Shown: positions 1-8,329 of the stretch, in pieces
How positions within the stretch are numbered: the first letter of the stretch is position 1
How the letters are laid out: each line of letters begins with the position of its first letter
IMG/VR virus record: IMGVR_UViG_3300044630_004883
Strand: one strand, 5' to 3'
DNA length: 64,000 nt
Source: an uncultured virus (IMG/VR IMGVR_UViG_3300044630_004883)
Lineage: Duplodnaviria > Heunggongvirae > Uroviricota > Caudoviricetes
Notes under the pieces: generated by a model
Seen by the model: only the letters and a program-made list of their open reading frames with translations
Told to the model about the DNA's origin: nothing
Database searches by the model: none
Made by a program: the position numbers and the translations under genes

Positions 1-98
1 ATCACTTTCATCAATTGTTTGGGTGCGTTTTCTGCTTTTAGGATATCCTTAGCATCAGCCCATCCTTTTACGTTTTGTATTAATTCATCAAAATTCAT
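1..98 (-). CDS. MazG-like nucleotide pyrophosphohydrolase, N-terminal fragment (runs off window edge)
   Basis: Not in the ORF track. Manual translation from ATG at 98 gives MNFDELIQNVKGWADAKDILKAENAPKQLMKV..., resembling phage MazG-like N-termini. ATGA overlap with the stop of the upstream gene. Confidence 0.6.
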   Translation of the reverse strand, partial: MNFDELIQNVKGWADAKDILKAENAPKQLMKV

Positions 99-508
99 AA
101 TATTGTGCTATCTAAATCGTAGGTTCCGAATAATTCTTCACCTGCTTTAATGTGTGTAATTGCTATTTTATTTTGAGTGTTGAAGTTAGCCCTTTCAACA
201 CCTAATGTGTTTGTATATGCCAATGGATTTACTAAATTAAAATATCCATCATTATATAATTTAAACCATACAAAGGGGTATTCACCCCTTTTATTTTCGT
301 ATGATTTAAGTATTATGCGTTTAACATATATTGGTAGTTGTTCAAATTCTAAATGGGTTATTGTATATGTTCCAGTTTCCCCATCCCATCTTTCAAATAA
401 TGATTCACCGGCTTTGATATCTCTAAGAGCAAATGTACCAATTCCATGTATTGGGCTTGGTGCAATATCAGTTTTGATGCAATTATTTAAATATGTGAAT
501 GTACTCAT
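95..508 (-). CDS. SET-domain protein (putative lysine methyltransferase, divergent)
   Basis: SPIHGIGTFALRDIKAGE (SET motif I) and C-terminal IKAGEELFGTY (ELxxxY). The canonical NHS motif reads YTNTL. Confidence 0.8.
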   Translation of the reverse strand: MSTFTYLNNCIKTDIAPSPIHGIGTFALRDIKAGESLFERWDGETGTYTITHLEFEQLPIYVKRIILKSYENKRGEYPFVWFKLYNDGYFNLVNPLAYTNTLGVERANFNTQNKIAITHIKAGEELFGTYDLDSTIL

Positions 509-512
509 ACTA

Positions 513-544
513 CAAATATACGAAATTTATTTGATTAAACCTAA
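513..544 (-). promoter_or_regulatory. Bacteroidota-type sigma70 promoter (TTAG-N20-TATATTTG)
   Basis: Matches the -33 TTTG / -7 TAnnTTTG consensus with one mismatch. Ends 4 nt before the SET ATG. Confidence 0.7.
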
Positions 545-550
545 TGTTTA

Positions 551-1546
551 TTAAAATAAATCTCCCCAATCTTCCCCTTCATTAGCCTTTGAATAATCAG
601 TAGGTCTAATAGCGAAGAAATCAGTATGTGTAGTACCACCAGTTAAGTGATAGAACCATTCTAAATTATCAGCTTTCTTAGAGTTGAATTCGAAAATACC
701 ATCATAACCTAATTCTCTAAGTTTGGTATTTGTTCTCGCTTTAATAAATTCTTTCAAATCTGATGATTTTAGATTTTCTAAATCACCATTTTCAAACATC
801 TTATCAATAAAATGAGATTCTAATTCTACGATTAGTTTAGCTGCTTCTTCGATTGATTCTTTACTAGCTTCCTTTAATTCAGGAAACTCTTCACACATAT
901 GATTGAACAATTGACAACCCATCTTAGAATGTAAGGATTCATCCCTTACAGACCATTTCATTTGTTGTCCTATACCTTTCAATAGATTTCTCATTTGGAA
1001 CGAATATAGAACCGCAAATGATGAATAGAGCGATACTCCTTCAGCGAATGCTGAAAAGATTGCCAAACTTCTTGCTACTTCCTGTCTTGCTATCGGATTT
1101 GTTTCCAAATCGTTATGTGTCCAATCAGCTGTAGTAGAAGTTAAGAGTTGGAATTTCTCAGCAACTGCAGGTTCGTGCAAAAATGCTGAGAAATCATCTA
1201 ACCCTAATGTTTCATTTAGATATGAATATGCGGTTGCATGAATTGTTTCTTGTGAACCAAACATCATAGCCATCTGCTTAATTTCATGCTTTGGAAACCA
1301 TTTGGTTACCATCGTAGTCCAATAATCAGATACAGCACATTCAGTTTGAGCAAAACCCAATAGAATGTTACCAACCAAATGTTTTTCATCAGATGTAAGA
1401 TTTTCATTCCAATCTTTAACATCACCCTGCATTGAGATTTCAGTATGTAACCAAAATGCCTGAGCTTGTTTTAACCAGCCTTCTTCATAATACACTGGAA
1501 ATTCAAATGGTTTGTAGGGTATTCTTTCAGTAAATAATTTGCTCAT
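551..1546 (-). CDS. nrdB: Ribonucleotide reductase class I beta subunit
   Basis: Di-metal ferritin-like motifs FWLHTEI, ETIHATAY, EGVSLYSSF, RDESLH, and C-terminal DFFAIRPTDY. Confidence 0.95.
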   Translation of the reverse strand: MSKLFTERIPYKPFEFPVYYEEGWLKQAQAFWLHTEISMQGDVKDWNENLTSDEKHLVGNILLGFAQTECAVSDYWTTMVTKWFPKHEIKQMAMMFGSQETIHATAYSYLNETLGLDDFSAFLHEPAVAEKFQLLTSTTADWTHNDLETNPIARQEVARSLAIFSAFAEGVSLYSSFAVLYSFQMRNLLKGIGQQMKWSVRDESLHSKMGCQLFNHMCEEFPELKEASKESIEEAAKLIVELESHFIDKMFENGDLENLKSSDLKEFIKARTNTKLRELGYDGIFEFNSKKADNLEWFYHLTGGTTHTDFFAIRPTDYSKANEGEDWGDLF

Positions 1547-1559
1547 AGTTTTAACTCTA

Positions 1560-1730
1560 TTATTTAGTTTCCTCTATGGATACTTTTCTATAATCAGTTA
1601 CCAATTTTTTAATCTCACCAATAGCTTTTCTAGCTCTTGATTTAGCAGCTTTGGTTGTACCATTGTGCTCTTTTTCAAATTGAGTGTATAACTCTTTAAT
1701 TTGTTCGAAAATTTCTTGCGAATTTGCCAT
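1560..1730 (-). CDS. Histone H1-like nucleoid protein (Hc1 family)
   Basis: 56 aa from the ATG at 1730 (the track start at 1817 is probably too long). GTTKAAKSRARKAIGEIKKLVTDYRKVS matches the Hc1/Bacteroidota pattern GNKAAGxRARKxxxExxKxxxxxRKxS. Confidence 0.75.
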   Translation of the reverse strand: MANSQEIFEQIKELYTQFEKEHNGTTKAAKSRARKAIGEIKKLVTDYRKVSIEETK

Positions 1731-1885
1731 AATCTTTATTTTGTTTTTAATTGTTAAGTCCAACCATTTTTTCAGTTGGGTGATTATAACTATTGTATAT
1801 ATTGAAAAAGAATTCAATTTACAAAGTTAATTTTTTTATTTTTTTGTTTGGTATTTTTACATACCACATATTGATTGATTGAGTA

Positions 1886-3244
1886 TTATCCAAAGTTATC
1901 TACATATTTTTTATGTAATAATTTCTTCTCCATAATCGCCCCATCATTACTTTCTTTTGATGTAATAATTCCATCAGATGATGATGCTTCAAATACTTCA
2001 ATTGAACCAATATTAGTATCCATTTTAGATGGGAATGTTAATCCATCCGGTCCGAATCTATTCTTCATCACGTGAAATCTAGCGGTGTTGTTTAATTTAT
2101 CTTTAGATTTTCTACTGATACTCATAATGAAATCTGCGTTCATAACTTTAGCGTATGAATCAGCCACTTTATCAGCTTCAATAACTTCACTATCAATTGC
2201 CGAACGATTGGTTTGAGATGCTGTCCAAACGGGTATTCCTAACATACCACCCATTCCTCTTAGTTCAATATAAACACCACCTTGCTCACCATAAGTTGAT
2301 TCTGATTTGTTTGTAGTAGAGAGTAGTAAATCAGCGTAATCAATAATAACTAAATCCGGTTTATTACCCGCAGCAGTCATCTTTTCAATGTGAGATTCGA
2401 TGTTTCTAGCTGATATACCCTTTGGTGGAAAATACTTAATGAGTAATCTACCTTTTAGTTTTTTAATCTTTTGAAGTACATCCTCTTTTCTATTTTTTAA
2501 ATCCCCAGATGGGATTTGTGTGAATACAGTATCATATCGCTGTCCTACATAATGTTCGGATAATTCTAATGAATAATGTACTACATTCATTCCAGCTTTC
2601 ACAGCAGCCGCTCCAAGTGCACATAGTACCCAAGTTTTACCAACTCCTGATGGTGCAACTATTACTCCCAATTCACCGGGTCCTAATCCACCATCCATTA
2701 ACCCATTAATACAATCCCAAGAAGTTGGTACAGTTGTTCTATTTAAATCTTCACTACGTTCTTCAAAATCTAAAACGTAATCTAAACCCAAATCAGTATC
2801 AACTCCAACTTTCATTGCTTTATCTACTAAATCTTTAATTCTATCATAAGAACCAGCTTTTAATAAATCAACGGATTGTACAATTGCTTCTTTAAGATTC
2901 TGATTGATGCAAAAGTTAGAAAATTCTTTTTTTACATAATCCAAGTCATTATCACCTAATTGGGTAAATGCCAATTTAAGTTGTTCAACAATTCGTTTCT
3001 GCATTCCAGAATCTTCCATTTTTGAAATTTCAACTTTAAACACATCTAATGATGGTGTACGTTTGAAATCATCATAATATTCCATTATCTCCTCAACAAT
3101 CCATTTGTTTGCTTCGGATTCAAAAAACTTAGGATGTATAACCTCTCTGAGCGTATCTAATAAACGAACATCAGCAATCAAACAAGATAAAACTTTTGTT
3201 TGAAATGATTGTCCGTATTTAGATAGTGTGTCTGTATTTTGCAT
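1886..3244 (-). CDS. Replicative DNA helicase, DnaB/T4 gp41-like
   Basis: Walker A APSGVGKT, SLEL, IIDYADLL, WTASQTNR, KNRFG (SF4 motifs). Confidence 0.93.
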   Translation of the reverse strand: MQNTDTLSKYGQSFQTKVLSCLIADVRLLDTLREVIHPKFFESEANKWIVEEIMEYYDDFKRTPSLDVFKVEISKMEDSGMQKRIVEQLKLAFTQLGDNDLDYVKKEFSNFCINQNLKEAIVQSVDLLKAGSYDRIKDLVDKAMKVGVDTDLGLDYVLDFEERSEDLNRTTVPTSWDCINGLMDGGLGPGELGVIVAPSGVGKTWVLCALGAAAVKAGMNVVHYSLELSEHYVGQRYDTVFTQIPSGDLKNRKEDVLQKIKKLKGRLLIKYFPPKGISARNIESHIEKMTAAGNKPDLVIIDYADLLLSTTNKSESTYGEQGGVYIELRGMGGMLGIPVWTASQTNRSAIDSEVIEADKVADSYAKVMNADFIMSISRKSKDKLNNTARFHVMKNRFGPDGLTFPSKMDTNIGSIEVFEASSSDGIITSKESNDGAIMEKKLLHKKYVDNFG

Positions 3245-3266
3245 GTATATAACCTATTTGTTTCCA

Positions 3267-3298
3267 CAAAGATATAAAAAATTTGTGATAAAACCTAA
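3267..3298 (-). promoter_or_regulatory. Bacteroidota-type promoter (TTAG-N20-TATCTTTG) upstream of helicase
   Basis: TAnnTTTG at 3274-3267 with a 20-nt spacer to TTAG. Confidence 0.6.
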
Positions 3299-3299
3299 T

Positions 3300-4346
3300 T
3301 TATTTTATAATAATGTTGTGGAATGTCGATTGTAACCAATCATTAATGTCTCTCCAATTTTGTAAAACCTTATATTTGTTACCAACTTTAAGGAATTCTA
3401 ATTTATTGAATGCAACATCATCTTCTCTGAATCTATCAATTATCTTAAGCTTTTGATTTGTTGGTATATGTGGTTCTTTCAACTCCATTAATCGCTTATT
3501 CATAAGGAGTTGTTCCCTTGCTTCTAAAATATCATTATAAAGTTTGATTTTACCCAATTTACCTTCACACATTTGAAACAATTCATCATGCGTAATAAGT
3601 CTATCTTCAGATAGTTCAGGAAATCGTTTAAGAAGTGTTTTGATACCACATCCTTTAATACCCGGAATGTTATCGGACTTATCCCCATCTAATGTACGAT
3701 ATAATAGGAGATTTTCAGGCCAAATTTCAAATTCATCAAATACAACTTGTCTATTATATAGTTTCTTTTTAGTTGGTGAAAATACACTAACTTTATCAGA
3801 AACTAATTGTAGGAAATCTTTATCAGTTGAAACAATTACAACTTCACCATCATACTCATTTTGAGTATATTGGGTTAAATATGCAATAGTATCATCTGCT
3901 TCAATTCCATCGTAAATCATTGTTTGAACTGGTAGATAATCCAACATATCATTCAGCCATACAAATTGTTGCCTCATTGATAATCGTTCATCCTCTTCAC
4001 TCATCATCTCACCATAGGTGCGATTAACTCTAAATCTATTCTTCTCTCTACCAGCTTTATATCCTTCGTGGATTTTCTTTCTGGATTCAGAACCATTCTT
4101 ACCATCAAAAGTTACAATAACTCTCGTTGGGTTGAATTCTCTGATTTGATATCCAATTGATTTTAATGAACCAATAACTCCACCCGTATGGTCACCATCC
4201 TCATTCATTGTAGGATTAGTTGTCCAGCTACGGATGAAGGTATTAAGTCCATCAATGATAAGAACTCTACTGTTTCTCTCTCTTAGGTGGTTTGTTTTGT
4301 GTTCCTCACTCACTTTATTGAGGATATCTTTATAGAGTTCTTTCAT
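3300..4346 (-). CDS. 5'-3' exonuclease / flap endonuclease (T4 RNase H-like)
   Basis: LIIDGLN, YKAGR, EADDTIA, STDKDFLQL and GDKSDNIPGIKGCGIKT (H3TH) motifs. Confidence 0.93.
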   Translation of the reverse strand: MKELYKDILNKVSEEHKTNHLRERNSRVLIIDGLNTFIRSWTTNPTMNEDGDHTGGVIGSLKSIGYQIREFNPTRVIVTFDGKNGSESRKKIHEGYKAGREKNRFRVNRTYGEMMSEEDERLSMRQQFVWLNDMLDYLPVQTMIYDGIEADDTIAYLTQYTQNEYDGEVVIVSTDKDFLQLVSDKVSVFSPTKKKLYNRQVVFDEFEIWPENLLLYRTLDGDKSDNIPGIKGCGIKTLLKRFPELSEDRLITHDELFQMCEGKLGKIKLYNDILEAREQLLMNKRLMELKEPHIPTNQKLKIIDRFREDDVAFNKLEFLKVGNKYKVLQNWRDINDWLQSTFHNIIIK

Positions 4347-4564
4347 TAGTTAGTTTTATCAGAGTTAAAATAAGTTTCTATTGCTTTCAATCTATCATCT
4401 GCATCTACCAACATTTGAAGAGCTTCTTCAGCGTTGTTATAGAAATCATTTGTAGAATGGTCACCAATTCCAGCTGGATTCTTTTCTAATAATTCTAATG
4501 TAAGTAGTGCTTTTGCTCTATCGGCTTGTGCACTTGTTTTTAACATTTCTTTCAATCTACTCAT
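4346..4564 (-). CDS. Small hypothetical phage protein
   Basis: 72-aa ORF tightly coupled between recA and the exonuclease. The PAGIGDH motif recalls small T4-like phage proteins. Confidence 0.65.
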   Translation of the reverse strand: MSRLKEMLKTSAQADRAKALLTLELLEKNPAGIGDHSTNDFYNNAEEALQMLVDADDRLKAIETYFNSDKTN

Positions 4565-4581
4565 AACATATTTTTTATAAT

Positions 4582-5703
4582 TTAATCCCCGATTACCTCA
4601 GAATCTACTACCAAATTATCGGTATCCATTGAATCCTTTTTATATTGTAAGATTGTTGCTTCACAAATTCCTTTGTAAATTTGTTCTCTAATAGAGTCAT
4701 TATCTTGTAATAATTTTGGGAAATCTTTAGATTGATATTTGATAATTTCACCAGTATCAATATCGGTGTACTCATACCAAGCACCAGTTTGTTTTACCAA
4801 ACCATGCTCTTTCATTTGCGCCAACCATGCTCCATAGTTATCGATTCCTCTATCAAAGAAGATATCGAAATCAGCGGAACGTAATGGTGGACCCATACGA
4901 TTTTTAACAACCTGACAACGTACTTTGATACCTACGATTCTATCGTTACCATTTTCCTTTGCCTTAATGGTTCCCATACTCTTTAATCTTAAACGAACCG
5001 ATGCGTGGAAAGCGATTGCTTTACCACCAGAAGTTGTCCAAGGGTCAGAGAATGGCATAGCGTTCATCTTCTGTCTTAATTGATTTGTGAAAACCAATGT
5101 GATTTTCTGTCTACCAATTAAGTTTGTGATTTTACGCATTGCCTTTGAGATAATAATTGCTTTATCGGTTGCGTATCCATCTTTACCATAATCTGCTTCC
5201 ATCTCCTTTTCAGTTGATGCTGCTGCTACTGAATCCACTACGATTGTTACGAGTTTATCTTTCGATGCTACTCGCACTTTCTCAATAATGATTTCGGTGT
5301 ATTCGAAACATTGTTCTACTGTCTCAGCCGCTACATATAGTAATTTAGATACATCTACTCCAATTGCCTGTAAGAACTCTCTACTGACCGCATTTTCGGT
5401 ATCTATTAGAACCGCAACACCACCTTGCTTTTGTGTTTCAGCAAGGAGGTGAGCAGATACTAATGATTTTCCAGATTGTTCAAGTCCAGTAATTTCGGTG
5501 ATTCTACCAATAGGTAATCCACCATAAGGTCGATTAGAAATGGCAACATCTAGCATTGATGCTCCAGTTGATACCCACCCACTCACGTCGGTTGGGGAAT
5601 CTCCGGCATCCAAAAAGAATGCTACTCTTTGGTCTTTGGATTGTTTGTTTAGGGAATCAGCAAGAACACTTGCTAAATCCACCTCTTTCGATGTTTTTGC
5701 CAT
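4582..5703 (-). CDS. recA: RecA/UvsX recombinase
   Basis: GGLPIGRITEITGLEQSGKS (Walker A), IVVDSVAA, FTNQLR, TSGGKAIAFHASVRL, KNRMGPP. Confidence 0.95.
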   Translation of the reverse strand: MAKTSKEVDLASVLADSLNKQSKDQRVAFFLDAGDSPTDVSGWVSTGASMLDVAISNRPYGGLPIGRITEITGLEQSGKSLVSAHLLAETQKQGGVAVLIDTENAVSREFLQAIGVDVSKLLYVAAETVEQCFEYTEIIIEKVRVASKDKLVTIVVDSVAAASTEKEMEADYGKDGYATDKAIIISKAMRKITNLIGRQKITLVFTNQLRQKMNAMPFSDPWTTSGGKAIAFHASVRLRLKSMGTIKAKENGNDRIVGIKVRCQVVKNRMGPPLRSADFDIFFDRGIDNYGAWLAQMKEHGLVKQTGAWYEYTDIDTGEIIKYQSKDFPKLLQDNDSIREQIYKGICEATILQYKKDSMDTDNLVVDSEVIGD

Positions 5704-5718
5704 ATAACTTTTTAGTTT

Positions 5719-6552
5719 TTAGTTGTTGAATAAGTCATCAAATGCTGATGCTACATCATCCATTTTCTTACGTTCCTCAACTGCTGGTGTAGCGGCGAAT
5801 GCTTCATTTTTAATTGGAGCTGCTGCTGGTGCCGATTGTGGAGCCGGAGCCGGTGTTGATAATGTTGATTGTGAAGTTGATTCAGAACCTTCATCACCAG
5901 TTGGATTCAACCACCCTTCTAATACACCTTTTAATTCAGCGTAAGAAAGTTCCTGATAGATATCAGTAATGTTAGTTTGACCTTCCATTGCTGCTTTCAA
6001 TTTTTCAGAATCTTCCAAAATAGGAGTTTGAGTTGGTTTAACTCTAATTGTAGTTACAGGATAAGAAGTTCCTGCATCTTCAGCTGATACATAATCAATA
6101 GTGATATCTCTACCAGTTGTTGGGTCGGTAATATCTCCATAATCTGGGTCAGCGATGTAACCTAAGATTTCCTGATAAACCGTCTTACCAAATCCCCAAA
6201 ATTTAACTCCTTCGTTTTCTTCACCTCTTACAATAACAGGTACGAATGTTCTCAACTTCGGTTCCATTTTCTTAGCAGCTTTCCAATCTTCCTTATCACC
6301 CATTCGTTTAAGTTTGTCAGCAAACTCAACAATTGGGTCAGGTCTTCCGAAAGACATCGGAGATAGATAAGATTTGTTGTTAATGTTGTAGTGGAAATAA
6401 AGTTCGATAAAAGGATTTTCTTTGTTGAACTTGTAAGGTACGATTCTCACTTGAGTCTTACCATTTGCTGGTTTCCAAAGATTGTTTTTTGTACTTCCAG
6501 TGTTTTGTAGTTTGTTTAGTCTACCTCTAATTGCATCTAAATTAATAGCCAT
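5719..6552 (-). CDS. Single-stranded DNA-binding protein, T4 gp32-like
   Basis: LWKPANGKTQVRIVP, WGFGKTVY, DYGDITDPTTGRDITI, and an acidic tail (AFDDLFNN). Lies next to recA. Confidence 0.8.
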   Translation of the reverse strand: MAINLDAIRGRLNKLQNTGSTKNNLWKPANGKTQVRIVPYKFNKENPFIELYFHYNINNKSYLSPMSFGRPDPIVEFADKLKRMGDKEDWKAAKKMEPKLRTFVPVIVRGEENEGVKFWGFGKTVYQEILGYIADPDYGDITDPTTGRDITIDYVSAEDAGTSYPVTTIRVKPTQTPILEDSEKLKAAMEGQTNITDIYQELSYAELKGVLEGWLNPTGDEGSESTSQSTLSTPAPAPQSAPAAAPIKNEAFAATPAVEERKKMDDVASAFDDLFNN

Positions 6553-6671
6553 TGTTTTTTGTTTTAAAAGTTTATAATTAAGTTTTAATGGTTTTATTAT
6601 GGTGTCTTTCCTACACCTTATATAAATATCAAAAAACCAAGTTTTAAGATGGTCTTATCCATTTATTTATA

Positions 6672-6703
6672 CAAATATACGAATAAAATCTGATACTTCC
6701 AAA
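6672..6703 (-). promoter_or_regulatory. Bacteroidota-type promoter (TTTG-N20-TATATTTG) upstream of ssb-recA operon
   Basis: Perfect consensus with a 20-nt spacer. Confidence 0.8.
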
Positions 6704-6717
6704 TTTTATCCGTAATA

Positions 6718-7107
6718 TTATTTTTTAGTACGATGGTTTGTCAATGCGTTGATTATATTAACCAATCGTTCAATTTCTTTATCTTTATTACTGATGATAT
6801 CCATCAATGTAGGTTCAATTGAATTGAGTGCTTCTATCTTTGCTTCCACTCTTGCCAACTCAATACCTCTTATTTCTTTAGTTGAATGAAATTCATGTTC
6901 ATATTCTCCCAATTGTCTATGACATTGAATTTCCAATTCTGCAACTTCTTTTAATCTTTTGATTTTATGAGTTTCAATATCATTATCTACTTGATTAAAT
7001 TTTTCTCTACGATACAATTCAATTTCTCTATTGATTATATTCTTTTCAATTTCCAAATCTCTCAATTCCTGAGCTTTGGTATTATTTGATTTATTTCTTC
7101 CAAACAT
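6718..7107 (-). CDS. Hypothetical coiled-coil protein
   Basis: 129-aa charged heptad-like ORF with its own upstream promoter. Confidence 0.65.
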   Translation of the reverse strand: MFGRNKSNNTKAQELRDLEIEKNIINREIELYRREKFNQVDNDIETHKIKRLKEVAELEIQCHRQLGEYEHEFHSTKEIRGIELARVEAKIEALNSIEPTLMDIISNKDKEIERLVNIINALTNHRTKK

Positions 7108-7129
7108 AACGTTAGTTTTATTATTTATA

Positions 7130-7161
7130 CAAATATACGAAATTTATCTGAGAATACCAAA
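7130..7161 (-). promoter_or_regulatory. Bacteroidota-type promoter (TTTG-N20-TATATTTG)
   Basis: Perfect consensus with a 20-nt spacer. Confidence 0.8.
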
Positions 7162-7180
7162 TGTTTTCTCAAATACTTTA

Positions 7181-7585
7181 TTAAGTTCTAAAGTGAGCTC
7201 CCCCACCATAGTTATATTGTGGTGCATTTGAACTCCATCCTTTGGAATGATTACTAAATGGTTTGGCTGCTTGTGCGAATCTACCATATGATTGAACTGA
7301 TTTAGAAGGTCCACCCATTGAATCCCAAGCAGATTCCCATTTCTCAGGCATTACACCATTTTTAAATTCTATAACTGGTGTATCTAAATCTTCCAATAAT
7401 TGGGTTACCTCTTTAATTGGGAATTTGTAAAAGGTATTTACTCTAAGTGTTTTATCCACTTCTATAAAAAGTATAGAACGAGCTTTAAGTTTACATAACT
7501 TTAATCTTTTTGTTTTAGTTGCGGTTCCTTGTGAAACCTTTACATCAAAAATCTGTCCAGCGGGTACTCTATCAAAATTTATCAT
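7181..7585 (-). CDS. Hypothetical protein
   Basis: 134-aa ORF with its own upstream promoter. No recognised motif. Confidence 0.65.
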   Translation of the reverse strand: MINFDRVPAGQIFDVKVSQGTATKTKRLKLCKLKARSILFIEVDKTLRVNTFYKFPIKEVTQLLEDLDTPVIEFKNGVMPEKWESAWDSMGGPSKSVQSYGRFAQAAKPFSNHSKGWSSNAPQYNYGGGAHFRT

Positions 7586-7611
7586 ATCTTTTAGGGTTTT
7601 AAGTTATAACT

Positions 7612-7643
7612 CAAATATACAACAAATATTTGATAATTCCAAA
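7612..7643 (-). promoter_or_regulatory. Bacteroidota-type promoter (TTTG-N20-TATATTTG)
   Basis: Perfect consensus with a 20-nt spacer, directly after a terminator. Confidence 0.8.
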
Positions 7644-7644
7644 T

Positions 7645-7673
7645 AAAAAAGGGAAAACTTTCGCTTTCCCTTT
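7645..7673 (-). terminator. Rho-independent terminator
   Basis: Minus strand AAAGGGAAAGC-GAAA-GTTTTCCCTTT followed by a T-run. Confidence 0.8.
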
Positions 7674-7697
7674 AAATTATTGATATTCAATGTGTTA

Positions 7698-8297
7698 TTA
7701 AACAATATCTTTCGATTCTATTAATGTATATGTAAACGATTTACCATGTATTGCACCTGATTTTCTCGTAATAACCATAAATTCTTCAAAATCAGCTGCT
7801 TTTTTGAATACTTGACATCCTTCAGACCAATTTTCAACATAAGTTGAATCTGCTCCAGCTTTGTGGATGTTGATACCAAAGATACCTTCTTGGATTTTGG
7901 TTTCATCATAGTTCATATCTCTATTAGCATCTCTATAAACCTTAACCGGCTTTTGTTGTTTAAGTGCTTCGTATTTACCTTGATGTAATCCCAATGTATG
8001 TGAACCTCTATATTGACCCGGAACTAAACGAGCAACTCCAGCTGCATTATGATATTCTTTAACTCCCTTTGTACCAGGGTCGGTTGTGTTTACCCATTCT
8101 TTGTAAATCCAATTACCACCATCTTTATATGATACTGAAATTGCATCATCAAATACGTTAGTAACCTTTGTACCGGTTGATGAATTTCTGATACCTACGA
8201 TGTTTAAATCAAATCCTTTGTTAGAAGCATCTTCAAACCAAACGTATCCTTTTGATTTAACTGCTTTTTCAATTTGTTCTTTTGTGTACTTTGCCAT
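7698..8297 (-). CDS. L,D-transpeptidase (YkuD)-like cysteine peptidase, putative cell-wall enzyme
   Basis: GINIHKAG...NWSEGCQVF fits the YkuD H-x(n)-S-x-G-C catalytic motif. No signal peptide. Confidence 0.65.
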   Translation of the reverse strand: MAKYTKEQIEKAVKSKGYVWFEDASNKGFDLNIVGIRNSSTGTKVTNVFDDAISVSYKDGGNWIYKEWVNTTDPGTKGVKEYHNAAGVARLVPGQYRGSHTLGLHQGKYEALKQQKPVKVYRDANRDMNYDETKIQEGIFGINIHKAGADSTYVENWSEGCQVFKKAADFEEFMVITRKSGAIHGKSFTYTLIESKDIV

Positions 8298-8329
8298 AAT
8301 TTTTTTATTCTGTTTTTATAAATATAACA

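Noticed and set aside
1731..1885. Extended 85-aa N-terminus for the Hc1-like ORF and a possible promoter (TAACTTTG at 1829-1822)
   Set aside because: The extension is AT-rich, leader-like sequence, and homology starts at ATG 1730. The candidate -7 element has no matching -33 box at 20 nt.
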